64,000 nt of DNA from Phoronis australis (taxonomy: Eukaryota; Animalia; Phoronida), in NCBI GenBank assembly GCA_002633005.1, contig NMRA01000171.1:310001-374000 (forward strand). The letters are read 5' to 3'. The notes under the pieces were generated by a model that did not search any database, was not told the DNA's origin, and saw nothing but the letters and a program-made list of their open reading frames with translations. Below, one piece after another: positions 16,101-31,100 of this stretch. Made by a program: the position numbers and the translations under genes. The stretch's first letter is position 1; each line of letters starts with the position of its first letter.

Positions 16101-19100
16101 TACTTGGCTGTGATGTTGTGATATATACTTGGCTGTGATGTTGTGATATACACTTGGCTGTGATGTTGTGATATATACTTGGCTGTGATGTTCTGATATA
16201 TACTTGGCTTTACCTTTATTCAGTAATTATGAATTGGGAGCATAAGACCAAATTGATGATTTGAGTCACTTTTCATTAACCAGACCCCAAGTTGTATGAA
16301 GGTGATAGTCATCTAGACTTAGGTCTACCAGAAACAATTAACTGTTGCAGTGTAAAAGTATGACTATTGTAAAACTGTTTAATGAGTCTTCAAGAGTACT
16401 ACTCAGAAGAGCCATACATGTCGCAATTCTGGGGGGAGGCAAGTGGCGAGAGAGGGGAGAGGGGGAAGACGGAAAAATATGGCAGCTGGGGGAGAGGGTT
16501 GGTTGTTGAATGTAAGAATGGGAAGTAGAAGTCATAGGGTAAAAGATGGAGAGAAATGAGGCGTAGCATGTCTGATTAGTTGGGAGAGAAATCTGGCATC
16601 AGTTGATTTAGATTTGTGTTTGTTTATTCTGTTGTGATTTGATGACGGAGAAATTTATCATGTTGTAAAAAAGGCCTTGGACCCATATATTAGAATACAC
16701 CTCCATGTTCAATTGTGTAGATTACATAGGCTGCACTTGATTGACTTTGCCTTAAGACAGTGCATCTGATTAGTCTGTAAGCTGGATGCCATCAACAACA
16801 ACCAGTCAGTTGTGTCAGTTAGTTGACTCGGCAAAGTGACTGAAGTATAGCAGTCATATTTGTACAGGTTGTACATTGTGTAATTTTACTGAGGTTTTTT
16901 ACTTTTTTCAGGGAATAATTGAACCCGAGTCAACATTAGAAATCCCTTTGGTAGTTGAACCTCAAGGAACAGAAGAACTGGACGTGATGGCCTACTTTGC
17001 AGTATTCGGAAGCAATTTATCTCCCTTGGTAAGCTTTTTTCATCCTGTTTTTATTTAGTATCCACCAAATAGTACACTTGAGAAGTTGACTTTTTCTTAA
17101 CTCATTTTTTCAAGATCATACATTAAATTCCTAAGGAACCAAAAATTGCCTTGTTTCTGTCTTGTCAAAGTCACTCATCCAGACTAAAGGTTTTAATTAA
17201 ATCTGGTTAGTGGGTTAACAATTTTGTTAGACCTGAAGTTTACGAATGATGTCATCTGATTAGGCAAGAAGAAAACTAGTGTTGCTCATTCTGTTGCGTG
17301 GAAATATTTGGAAATAAGGATCGTCTATTGTATCGGCACTATACTCTGCATGCTATGCACACAGTGGGTGCTTATCAACGCTCTTTATTGTTCTCATTCT
17401 TACAGAATGCTTTTTGGTTTTACTAATTTTGGATATAGGCACAGCTTCACATATAGATGCATAGGCCTGAATGCACACACAAAGTTATACAGTATATCAT
17501 GTGCTTTCAGCCTGTCCATCTGTCCTGTGTTGGCGAGGGCCCAGTGGTGCACATAGAGCCCCTGTCACATGATTGGGGGATGACTCCTGTCTTGACCAAC
17601 GTCACCAAGACTATTAGGATGTCCAACGAGTCTCTGATTCCTGCAAAGTTCACAGCTCATCTGGTTAGTCTTTGTCTCTAAACGACATCACTTTTGTATT
17701 GTTTGAATAATATATAATAATTATAATTAAGAAATGACATCACTTTTGTATTGTTTGAATAATATATAATAATTATATTTAAGAATTAAAAGTGGATTTT
17801 TTACATCAGCGCTATTATATAAATGTATTATAGTAAGTATTAATTGAAACGCATACAGTACATTAACGCATACAGTACATTAACGCATACAGTACATTAA
17901 CACATACAGTACATTAACACATACAGTACATTAACACATACAGTACATTAACACATACAGTACATTAACACATACAGTACATTACTCGCAGTTGTTGAGT
18001 CTGTGGTGTTGGAGTTGCTGATCATTTTTTCTTGACTAGTTTTTGTAGGAGTATTATCGTGGTGATTTTTCTTGCGTTAATCGCACAACATGGCGGTCAC
18101 ATGGACTTTTGTCTGATAAATTTGTCCTTGCAAAAGCAGCTTTCATATCATTGTGACAGTAGTCATCCTGTGAAGTGTGTTGCAGTTGAGCTGTAATGAT
18201 GAGTCATGATAGAACACTGTTGACAAGTACACCCGTTTCTGCTGCCATCTGTAAAATCTGTACATTATTTGATATATGTGATGTATTAATAACTGTGTCA
18301 AATGTCTTGCTCTCCTCTTGTTCTCAGCTTCGTCCCAAGTCCAACTGGGTTGTTAACCCAAACTCTGGGGAGATTGCCCCTGAAGAGTCTCTGGAGTTGA
18401 CTATCACTGCCAACCTGGATGACTGTGTCAGGTGAGAGACACATTAGTTCGCTTATTCTTGTTATTGTTAAAAGCATGCTATACCACAATTTAGCCTATA
18501 AAGAACTATCAACTATCACTAGATTCCTTGAATCTTTACTGCAGAATAATGCTGAATACTAGGTACTCTTATCAAGAGCAGTTGGAGTAAGTTTGAAGCT
18601 ATGTCTGCTAAATTGACAATTATCATATTGATGTGGTGTCATACTTTCTAAATCATACTTTGATTATTCCTGTGTGTTGTAGGCTCATATTTTACTTACA
18701 AATAAAATTATGATTTACCTAGTGCTTATTGCACACGTTAATTTTATTTTTGAGATTGTGTGATCATTGTAGTTTTTCGTTTTGTAGGTTTCAAGACAAA
18801 CTTCAGGTTAACTTCCTGGATGGTCCGTCACGCTTCATTGATGTCACTGGTTACGGCTTTGGAACGACAATCGAGTCAGAACCACCGCTCACATCCAAAC
18901 TCAACTTGGGCCCACACTTCAGTAATGGAGAGCTGCGTAAGACTTTCAAACTGACCAACAGGGGTCGCCGCATACAGAATCTCATCTGGAGCACTGAGGG
19001 ATTCCCTGCTCTCAAACCCAAACGAGAAACTGCGTACAACCCCAGTGATATGAAATACAAGGTATGTAATGTTGTGAGGAAGAAAAATAGGGTGTAACAG

Positions 19101-22100
19101 GTCAAACCCATCTTATTTAGTGGCTTAAGGAGACATTCACCCCAATCCCTTGTCAAAGCCCTCATCTTAAGTTATTTGGTTGATAAGGTCTTTTGTAACA
19201 GAACCCAGGATTAGTTGTCTCGTAAATCTTATCAAAAAAATTTTCTCGATATTCCAGTTTCCGTGTTTCTATCTTCATCCATTTGCTTAGTGTGGAGCTA
19301 TGATATTATTTTTGTAATTCTTCTCTAGCGATTTGGTTTGTTTGCGCAATGCACATTATTGTTTAGTCTTTCACCCAGTAAAGCTGATGTTGGCCATTGC
19401 AGAATCGCCCACCACCAACAGAGGTGCCGCGGCCTGTGTTCACGCTCACCCCTTCACGTATGGAACTTAGGCCAGGTGACAGCCAGGAGGTAGTGCTGCA
19501 GGGTTACGTGGAAAAGTAGGTTTTGCATTTTTAATATGCATGCTTAATTTATAAAGGGCTGTTTTCCAAAGAGGAGGTGTTGACTTGCGGTACGACTAGT
19601 ACATCGACCAGGATGCACTGTCCTGTGAAAGCAATCAAGATTACTTGGAAAACATTGCGTATGGAGGCAATTATGTAGTTTAAACAGTTTCACGTCTGGG
19701 GCCAGGAATGATTTTAAGATCACCTGGAAATCCTTGTTCTTAGATGCATTTGACTAGATCAGATTTGACGACAGCATTGAGAAGTTTGATGAGAAAAATG
19801 CAAACGTAGAGTTTTAAGTATTTCGTTAAAAATTGTCCTGTGCCCATTGCACATTTTCTTGCTTCTCCTGAATGTGTAAATGTAAAAATGTATTTTGTAG
19901 GAGTTCTTGTCTTATTTTTGTGTTAGTATCCATTGTTATTCGTTGTAATTATTTTAGATTTATCAAATCACTGTGCGCATTGTTCTTTTTTATTTTCATT
20001 GTAAACTAAATGTATTCCTTAGGTCAACTGTGTAATGCTCAGAACTCCTTTTCCAGTCCCCATCTTGTTGAAGAGCGAATGGTGTGTCACGCTATCATTG
20101 GTCGACAGGGTGGCAAGGAGGTGATAATGAAAGTTGACGTCATGGCTGAGTTTATCAGCCCCCTACTTGAGTTCTCAACCAGCCACATGTTCTTCAGAGT
20201 TGATAAGGTAGGTCACTGATAGTGGAAGTGAGCCCTCTATCTATCACCTTCAGAGATTCTGCCGTTTTTCATTTAATTTGTTACTTGTCCATAAAACTTC
20301 TCTAATTTGTGACACCAAAATTGGAGCTGAAATTGTTTTTTTACAATTCTGAAGATTGGGACGTGGGCAATTTTGGTGTTCATCTTACTTCTCAAAATAT
20401 TGGATGCTGGGCTTTGTATCAAAAATAGGCTTGGCAGCTCATACAGTCTGAAAATAGCCTCTGATGTAATGTTTTCATGGATCTCATGGTGTGTGACGTG
20501 GAGGTAAATTATTGTTAGAGATGTCCTATATTGCCAATTCCTGAAGTTCGATACAGGTTGAAAATTAAGCAATTACTAAGCAATTGAAATTAAATTCATT
20601 TTTACGTCCCAAACGGGCAGTATAAAATGATAACTGTTCAACCATCCATCTCATCACGTAATTAATTCTTTATATTTATTGTCACTGTCTTTAAGTCTTT
20701 AATTCGTCATTCTGTTTTCTTTCTAATTCGTGTTTTGACTATCACCACTGGTAATGTCGCCCTGTATGGTTGTGCAGCTTTAGCCAGTATACACAATTTT
20801 TTCTTGTACATGAAGATTGTTTTCTTGTTCTTAAACTTGTGTAATGTGTTGGTAAAATACTGTTATTGAATGGTTACTGTAACTCACGATTTGAAGTTGA
20901 AAGCACTGCTTTTCACAATATTCACAGAGTGTCAAACTACTTACAACTAAAAGTTTTCTCATCGTTGCCTTTAAAAACTAAAAAAATGTTTTTGCTGGTT
21001 GGAAACTAAATCCTGATTGTTGTTTGCCTCACACTAACTCATACCAGGCCTTTTTCAGGAGCAGTTTCTGACTGTAATTATAATTTAACATAAACTGCTC
21101 CAGAAGGAGACACAAATTTAACCACTAGGATTGTTTTATTCTAGCCACCTGACTCAGTGAGTATGGTTATCCTATGCCTCAGTTTTGCATGCTGTTCAGG
21201 TTGCGGTCAGCATTTAGGAATGTCTGGGGGTACTCCGATTGACTAAGGGGGTATCTGTTGTTTTGAATAGAGTAACGTTTCGGATGAAAAATGTTCCTAG
21301 CATCCACTTTTTGACACGTGTCTTGTTCTTATGGCAGAGTTATTGCTAGGAAATGTCTTGGTTGGGTCAAAATTCCCTGGAAGACCGTCTCGTTTAGCTG
21401 ACCATCCCAAACAGAATGGAGTACCCCTGGGAACAGATACACCTGTCCATGCTGTATTTTAATTGAAACAAAATGTTGGTCATGTATTGTTCCTGTTTTC
21501 CCAACTATCCCTGTCTTGCCTTGTTTAATGATATCTGAATTGCCCATTGACAGTCATTGACTACACATCTGAATTGCCCATTGACAGTCATTGACTACAC
21601 ATCTGAATTGCCCATTGACAGTCATTGACTACACATCTGAATTGCCCATTGACAGTCATTGACTACACATCTGAATTGCCCATTGACAGTCATTGACTAC
21701 ACATCTGCATAAAATACTGCACATTGACACCTTGCTCTAATTATTTTGCAAGTATTGCATTGTAAAAAATTTCATTAGAAGTGGCTTCAACGAATTAAGC
21801 TAAACAAAATTAATTTTATTCAAAGCTTTGGATACTCATTTGATCAACCCTATTGTTAGGCCAATAATGCACAGTTGGTTTGGTGTGTGCAGTTTGACTT
21901 GTTTCAAAACTTGCACCTCACCCATTTGGTCTCACTTCCCTGTTGTGGGTAACTTACGAATTTCAAGAAATATCTCAAAAACGTTTTTGTAAAGTTTTCC
22001 TTGTTTGGATGATAATAACTTTGTAAAAGCTGCAGAAGATTGAAAGGTTTCACAAAAAATTTGGGCACAAGTGGAAACAACAAAACTTTCGCCTGCTTCA

Positions 22101-25100
22101 GTTTCATCCAAGATTTAGATTTTTTTCAAAATAACCCAAACCTATCGCTTTGTTGTACCAAATGAAGCTGGATTGGGATGACTGCTGTAAAAAAGCAAAT
22201 CCCGCACCACTTCTGCTGCCACCTGGTGGATTTTTTTGGAAAATTGTACGGCCAGTTACCACACCACCACATCTGTTACTAAAAAAAATCCCAGACTAGA
22301 AGCAATTGTTCTTTTCGGCCACACTTGTTTCTTCTTTTTAACAAATGTTTTGGCATGTCTTGTTGTGGAAAATTTACTTTGAATGGATTTAATTTGGTTG
22401 TGAGTTGATTACATTTTGATTTGAGTGGAGTTTGTTGGAGTTATATTAACACTTTACTCCTAAATATACACAGCACAGTCAGCTTGCTTCATTACTGCAC
22501 ATCGGTTTATGCGCCTACAAAAATTTTGTAGTCACATATTCAGCATACCGTCCGTCTTCTTTCAGAGCTACCATGCTTCAGCACTTGTTGATTTTTATTT
22601 AGATTCAATTATCGCGACCTCTCTGTTCACCTGACAGTGTTCAATTGTCAGGAAGAAATCCCTTGTCTGTAAGGACTTGAAGAATTTTGACGTAACTTAA
22701 TTGACACAGATTTATGTAGCTGGAATGTGCTGACATGTGTTGATTTTCGTACAGACTCGACTTCAGTAGCACCTGGTATTCAACAATATTCACCCAGGTC
22801 AAAATAAGATGACAGATTTTGATGAAACTTGATACAAGGATGAATGGCACTAACGCCAGTGGATTATTCGGCAAATTCGACTCCTGTTGCATCCTCTGTT
22901 TGCTATTGATGAGATGGTATTTGTTCTTTAATTATAATCAGAATTCGACTTTGACGGAATTTGACACAGAGGTCTTATATGCCTACCCTTTGCAATGCAG
23001 TGTAGTGTATGCATTTCAACGCTTTATGTTGCTCTAATAGTTAACACAGCGTAACCAAGGTCACACGTTGTCTGTGATCTGGTTGTGGAAATATGCAGTA
23101 GCCCCACCTGGTGGAATTAGCCAACTAATCCGTGTTAATTCTTAACACTTAACTTTTTAAAGATTTTCTGCCGTCTGTTGTGGTAAGGATTTGTGCATTC
23201 AAATGCACATTTGATAACCCAGAATTTTGTCATTTGATATTGCAAAGTACTGAAACTTGGGGTCTCCAATGGCCATACTTTTGTATCGTATTGTTTATGT
23301 ATGGAACATTTGGTCATACTGTGTTTCATGATAAATGTGCCTCTACAAGTGACGGACAAAATAAAGTAAATGCTTCTAATTTTGCTCCATCTTCATTAGG
23401 GTTCCTTTGTATACACTTACATAAAGCACTATTGTTTGTTCAATAATTGTAGAAGCCTGAAGATATCCTTCAGCTGCAGTCTCGTAACCTTGAGATGACC
23501 AATATCTCCAGCCTGCCCCTGACTGCTTGCCTCAACCTGGCCTACCCATTCTACATGGTCGACAACGGTGGCCAGACATTTGAAATGGTCAGTACTGTTC
23601 AACTGCAACTGATTCATACGCCTAGTGCAATTTTAGTTATTTTCAACGCATTCATAGCTTTTTGCTGTGAAACCAGGTGCATGGGATTTCATGGTGTGCA
23701 TTTTTGCAACTGGATTTTTAATACTTGTACCTTTTTGAATATCGTGTCTTGATCAAAGGATGTTGGGAAGTTGAGTCACCCTGGCTGCTTGTAGCTTCCG
23801 GTGGTCTAAGATGTGCAATAATTATATTAATTAGCTGATGGCTGTGCATTAGTAAAGTTGACACCTTATTTTATGACACATGGCCATTGCTGGGAAGTCC
23901 AGGCCCGGCTCATGAATGCAACCAGTTGGGATATTTCACCCAGGAGCACAACTGATTTGGAAAGGGGCAAGACTACATGCCCTTTCCCATACAATTAACT
24001 TAGGTATCGAAGCTTTGTTGTTAACTGTTAGTAGTTAACCACGAAGTTAAGCATTGATGTTCCTATCAGCTGCGGAGTTATAGATCATCGAATTTAACGC
24101 GAGGTGGCGCTGATATGACCTTTAATCATATAGCCTCGGTGGTTTTGACAGTACTTGCCAAAGACTCTCACCAGATGGAAACTAGAACGTCAACTTCACA
24201 AGCCAGCCAATGGATACTACGTTGAAACGATGACGGTGTTCTAGAAAATATATAAAAAATTTGACTCTTGAGCAGGCTAAAAGCTAACCCAAAACAAAGG
24301 TTGCATGGCATGGCAGGAACTCGTTTTACGTACACTACACGTTCAAACACAAGATAAAAACTTTCTGGCTGGTGCCCTGGCCTAACTACAATAATTTGAA
24401 ATTGTTTGCATGCAGTGATTGTTGCATTTTTTAAGCCATGCCATTTGCACGTATTGTACGTAGGATGCACTAAGTAATTTAAAAATTCTCCAGCTATATC
24501 ATTGTAAATATCACCACTCTGTGTGCAGTGTTTTCCGAGACTGAGGCTCGAAAGAGACCCTGACTGACCGACTGACGCACACAGATGGTGAGTCAGTTGA
24601 TTTAGTATATAGATAATGAAAACATTTTGTCAGTGTTTCACGTCACCTGTCTCCTTTACGTGTTTGATGTCCTTCCAGGATGTTGCTATGCAGTCGGGAG
24701 AGACCAAAGTGATCGAAGTCTTATTTGACCCTGCCTATGTTGATGATAGTCATATCAGAGTGGCTGATCAGACCCTGTCTGTGTCCTACTATGAGCACCC
24801 TCATAAAGTGAGTCTACAGTAACATTATCCACTCGTACATTGATGGACCATCAGTTTAATTTTATCACGTTTTTCTTTTTAGTTTCATTCTAGCTTATTT
24901 GCATGTTATAACTTCTTGCTTTATTCCAAATAAAGTTTTTTGTAACAGACTCAGTCTAATATTTTTGGTTAATTTATTTCTAATTCATGTATCACTGGGC
25001 AAGTATTTACATGTCATGTTGATGCGCTCCCTTGATATCTCTACATTTTTGTACATTACGTAATAATTGGAAATTTGTTTTTAAGCTGACAAGCGCAAAA

Positions 25101-28100
25101 ATGTTAACTTTTAATCACTTTGCTTCAGGACTTTGTCTCACTACGAGGGGAGGTGTACTTCCCAAATCTTCAGTTTGAGAAGACTATGATTGACTTTGGG
25201 TGCATTCTCAATGACACTGAGGTGACTCGCTATGTCAATATCACTAACAACAGTCCAATGGACGTGAAGTACAAATGGAGTTTCATTGTTGGTGATGAGC
25301 CGTGCGCCACTTTCAACAAGAAGCCCAACATTACAGTGGACCAAGTTGAGGAGGATGAAGTACATAGCGATGATGGGATGGACAAAGATGAGGCTGAAAA
25401 CACAGAGCAATCCACCAATGAGAGTGAAGATGTAGAGGAAGATGAGGGTCTTGGTCAGGACGAGCAGGTGAGACAGTTCTTCAGAAACATTGTAGGTCAA
25501 AAGGTCATTTGTACATGTAACGAGTGCTGTGTAATGCGAACAGCAGTTTTACTTATTAGTTGCTATCAGTGGTAGTAGTTATAGAGTGTAAGTGGTAAAC
25601 AGTTGGTGGTAAGTTTTTTCTAAACAAAACAATTTATAACTTTGCAAATTATTACAGCATTACACACAAAGTGTAGGTAAATACTTGACTTACATTAATG
25701 ATAAGCCTGCACATATTTTTTCAAATTATTTGTTTGTTTTCTGTCCTTTCGTAGTTTTTATTACGATTTTCTGTTATTAGTAATTCTGATTTTGTTTGCC
25801 TGCCACTAGGTGGAGCATCTTACTGCTCCTACTACAGCTCCCCCTTCTTCCACTGTGGCCCCCTCTGTCACTGTAGTCATTCAGGGGTCACCTTCAGACA
25901 CGTCTGAAAAGTCTGCCATGTTGGACAAAGAAAAACAAGATGAGGAAAAGACAGAGTTCTCTGGAGAAAAGAAAACGGAGTTAGACGTTGTAGATAAGGC
26001 ATGTTGTTGTTTTGTTTTAGGTCTCTTCTTCCTGCAGATATTTGTTAGTATTCATTTCAGTGCAGTTTTTGTATACTATTCTTTCCGTTAACCTCATTGA
26101 AAATTTGGTGTGAAAATCAATTTGGCTGCCTCAGTTATTCAAAGTTACAAGATATTAGTTTGTCAAAAGGTGGATGAAAGGTGAAGGCAAAATGTTGAGC
26201 GTGGTCTTGTGGTGTGCAGCAGGTCTTGATTACCTTAAGGATAACATTGCACGTTAAGTTATTAGAGTGTCCCCTGAGCTGCTTCAAATCCACCAACACT
26301 GGTTGCAATGTGACTTTCTTTGGTGTTTCCAGGCAGTGGATGAAAAATCTGAGAAGGATGTAAAGAGTGAGATTGAGCCACTACTCATCCAGGAGCAGAT
26401 GGTGGATGAAACTGTGCCCGAGGTGCAGGTACGCACCCCCTCACGTGCAGGGACGACCACACCCAGACCACCTTTAGAGATCAATCCAATGTTGAAGGCA
26501 CTGCTGGAGGAAGAAAGAGATCCCTCACCCCTTGGAGTGGAACAAGTTAGTGATGAACCTGTTTGTAAAATATAATACTTTATTATAAGATCCATGTTTA
26601 AGTCATGCATAATTAGGTTTACAAGTTTATTGATAGGTTATGAGTAATGGGATAATTGATTTAATGAGATTTATCAGCAAAATATTGACATGTGGCCATT
26701 GGCCTAAGGTATAACTCTTACAAAACAATTGTCTGGTTCGCTGAAAACTAGATACTAAATTGTGATGCTTGAGAGCTTAGTGGACGAATTTTAGAAGGGA
26801 GATCAATAAATGTGTTCATTTTATTATACTGCATTTTGTAACTGTCTTAGGAGGAAAGGATATTCAGAATTTTGTTTATCGTTCTTATTAACCAATTGTA
26901 TGTGGCCATCCTATTTCAATGCACAGTATTAGCAAATTTAAAGTATGATGGCTGAATCATATTGAAGTCTATAGATTCACGTGTTCACATCTTAAGTAAT
27001 ATGTTCCTATTTTTCAGGTCTTTGACATCCTTCCTCTGTATGGAGTTCTGAAGCCTGGTGACACTGAACAGATCACGCTGACCTTCTACGGACATGCTGA
27101 CATTGGCAGTCAAGCATGGGCCATCTGCGAGGTTGAGGGAGGCCCCACTTATGAGATCCAACTACAAGGGGAGGCATCCCTCGTTGAGTATAGTTTTGAC
27201 CAGCTGGACATTGATTATGGCAAGCGAATGTACGACCAAGTAGCAACTGCTGAGATTGTACTGACCAATCAGGGCAAAGTGGGGTTGGACTTCACAGCTG
27301 TGGGCATGGACCCAGCTGATGCTGACCGACCAGTGCTCGGTGTGCCTGTCGTGATTCCGCACACTGTAAGTATTATGTATGCATACTGATGTTGTATTGC
27401 CATGTTATGCCCCTACAATTAACGCATAAGACATGATTTAGAACGCTGTTGTTGATGATAAACCTAGAGGCACTACTTCATACCCTCTCCCTCAACTTGC
27501 AAACAGCATGTAACAAGATTCGTTTGAGGATTTGAAATGTAAATGTTGATGAAAACAGAATTCATGGAAGATATTTATGGTATTTTTTTCAGTATGAGAC
27601 AAATGGTGAATCATGTTTTTTAATTTATCTGTACGTAATATAAGCCACATAGGAACAAAGACGAGAAATGAGGTCATAAAAAACAGGATAAGTTATTACA
27701 TATGCTGCAGAGAAACTAGCCGTAGAAGCAGTTGGTGAACTGTACTTGGTGTGTAACCTGCTTGTGTGAAATAAACGATGTCAACCTCTTGTTACCAAGT
27801 CAGAAACTTACATGGCATTGCATGGATACCTCAACATGGTCACAGGATCATGTCATGTGACCTAGTAACAGAGTTGATGATGATTGTCCATAAACATTAA
27901 AAAGCTTAATACGTTTTGCTCTTGTTTTTTCTATTTTTGACGCCAAATTTTTAAAGAGGGTTCTGAAGTGAAATTCTAGATAAAGTAATATGTTAAATGT
28001 TTTGTGCAAGCTTCAGATTATAAGAAGGATTTTGATGGAATTTTCCGGGTGCATAAGACTAAATATGAAATGGGAGGTAGTGTTGTACATTGTATGAAAT

Positions 28101-31100
28101 TATTAATAGTGACATGCCTCAATTTTGTCTGTTCAGGGTTACATCGAGGCCAACAGCCAGCAGGTATTCACTGTCAAGTTCCTTCCTGGTGTACCAGAGA
28201 AGTTCCACAAGAGCTTTGAGATCCAGGTGGCACACTTTGAGCCGGATCAGGTGAACATCTATGGTGAAGGAGTATTCCCTCGTATCTCTGTCGACCTGCC
28301 ACGCTACAACGACCCAAGTGGACGCTACTCATCAATCCTGAAGGAGGCTAAGGAACAGCTTGTGACAGAGACCAAGAAAAGTGAGCTAGATCCACTGATA
28401 CCACAAAGCACAACGCATTATAGCCACAGGGAGGAAGACAACAAGTCTGCTATGTCTGTGGTGCAGGTATGTCCAGATATCAACATTGTGGTAGTTGTGG
28501 CTTTTGTCATTGCAAGGCATCACGGGCTCTACACTGATTTGTGAACAAGACTGTGGTGAACAACTTGACCTCTTTTGTCATTGTGTGATAAATTTTCTGG
28601 CTCACTTTACTTTAGGCCATCTGTTGTCAAGTTGCAGCATCTTAGCCTAGTGTTTGTCTTAAAAAGGATACTAAATTGTGCATGCACTGGAGATTAGGAG
28701 CTCATCCGGAACTTGAACCTTTATTTTTTACAAAATTGTCCTTCAAGATGAGCTATTATTATTGCTGAGTGACCCGGGTTGAGTATTTTGTATGAAAAAG
28801 TGAAAGATTGAACATTTGAAAGCTTTGAAATGCTGACATTCCTTTTGAATGGCATGCTTAATCTCAGCTCTAGAACTCGGGGTCATGCTTGGCCTGAAAA
28901 CAAGTCTGTCTGTGATGACGGCTAAGACTGACACATCTGTCAGATGGTTAACTTGAACTATGTAATGTTATGAGAGCAACTCCTCAAACTCTGACATTAC
29001 AAACAGAGAACTCTCGGGATGAAAGCGGAGAAGTTCAAATCTCTTAGCTATAGGATCGATGAGTTAGAAAGAGAAAATGATCAAATTATACAGGACAAGG
29101 CTACCCTATGAGGTCAAGTCAAATCCGTTCGATGTAGTTGGGATAGTGGGAATGTGCTATGTGATGAATTTTTCAATTTTGTGCTATTGATTGCTATTCA
29201 TCGTATTTATGATGTCACTTCAGATAAAGTGAGCATAAAAATAAAATGGAAGATCACTTGCTTGATGTCTGACCTTTGGGCCTTGTTGTCAGGCCCTCCT
29301 CGTAATATTGTGAACACCCTTTGGGAATTGTAGTCAGAACCTCCTCGTAATATCGTGAACCCCCATTGGGCAGTCTGTGATTGTGTTGTTACTTCTATGC
29401 AATATGTCATCCATTTCTTTAGCAGGAAAACGTGCCCTCTGAACTGGAACTACAGATGGAAATTGAGCGACTGGTTGTTAAGGAATTTGCTGTGGAGAAC
29501 CAGAATACCAGAAGCTTGATAGCAACGGAGTCAGAGCAGATGGTCAGCAAGTCAATTTCCAAGAAAAGAAGATCAAAGAAAAAGTGAGCATATATAGCTA
29601 ATATTTCGATTTTTGCTCAAACATCAGATGTTGCATCAATCTTGAACTCATTTTTCTATATAAATTAGTGCTTTGGACTCGAACTAACGCCATTTAGCAC
29701 TGAGCATAGAAGTTTTTAGTATCGATTGTCATCTGGGTTGTCACCATCAATATGAATGTAATTGGAAAAATGTTTGATGTGACAAAATGGCTTCAGCATT
29801 GCACTTATGCGGGCCATGTCTGTACTATTTATACTTCAGAAAACTGTCATTGCGGAAATACGATCTAATCTAATCTGAAGTCATGAAATGAAATGTTATC
29901 TCTGCCAATGGTGCTCGTAAAATATGTCAAAAGACAGGGAGATTTCACGTTTTCTGATACTGTTTCATTGAGAAGATTTTCGTAGTGGAATTTATTATGG
30001 TCATATTTTATACAAGTTTTAATTATATAAAGCACTATGCATAACATCTGTCATATTTAATTTAAATGAGGAATGTCTTTCATGTGTCAAATGAATGTCC
30101 TCTAGTCCTCAAAAATGGGACACAAGGGTGAAAAGGTAATGCTGGTAGTGGTTAAATATAGTTATTGCTTGATGTGCGTTTAATGTAATTTGCTGTTTTC
30201 TTTAATTTATGTTTTTCAATCAATCAGGTTATAGAGTGTATAGTTATGTGATAGACAATCAGACAGCCTTTCCCTGCTGGACAAGTTTGTTGTTTTGAAA
30301 GTCACAAATTAGGGAAAAGTCATCACCATAGGCCCTGGGTTACGATTATCTGAAATTATTTCTATATAGTGTGAAAAGTCTTTATTACTGTTTGTGACTA
30401 TAAAAGGACAGGGTGGTTTTAGGGTCAGAAAATTCATTTTCGGGATTGTATCTGGGTAGGAGAGACTTCTTTAAGTTATTAGCTTTGACCAGAGCTTGAA
30501 AAAACAGGAAAATATCTGATTTTTCAAAAAGGCTTCCAGCCATACTTAAAGTGAAATTGAAGTGGTGATCTCATCACCTGTCTGGTGGGCAATGAAAATA
30601 GTTGTCTCAACCTGAGTAGACCTCAAGTGGACGTGGCTCAACATATACGGCGAGAGTCATTGACCTTGCAGATTTTAATGAGTTTTATTAAACCAATAGA
30701 AAGCACAGTCATTCACATAATAAACAAAGTCAGATTATTTTTTATGAAAATGCTCCAAACAGCTTGAAATGTTATCCAAGATAAAATATTTGTAATATTC
30801 TGTTCAATTTCCCCTTCTTCATTTCGTTGTCATCAGATATGCCTTTTATTTTCAACTTTATGTGTCTATACAAAATTCTGCTCTCCCATCAGTTCTAGTT
30901 TCATATCATTTTTGATTATTTTTTTGTTTTGTGATCACTTTAATTGCTTAAGATTGATGTTGTTTAGTATTATCTTTTGTATTTGAGTTTTCATTGAAAT
31001 GACCTAAAGGATTAGTAAATAAATATTTTGATTAGTAATAAGTCCTCGAGTTCCGTTCTGTGGCTAACCGTAGACTGATGTCAAAAATTGTCAATTAGGA

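Noticed and set aside
16430-16590. Purine-rich G-run tract (and the pyrimidine tract at ~39105-39220) as a G-quadruplex or regulatory element
   Set aside because: Low-complexity intronic sequence with no independent evidence of function.
21533-21707. 34-bp repeats of CRISPR-like length
   Set aside because: Units are head-to-tail with no unique spacers, no cas genes are present, and the context is a eukaryotic intron.
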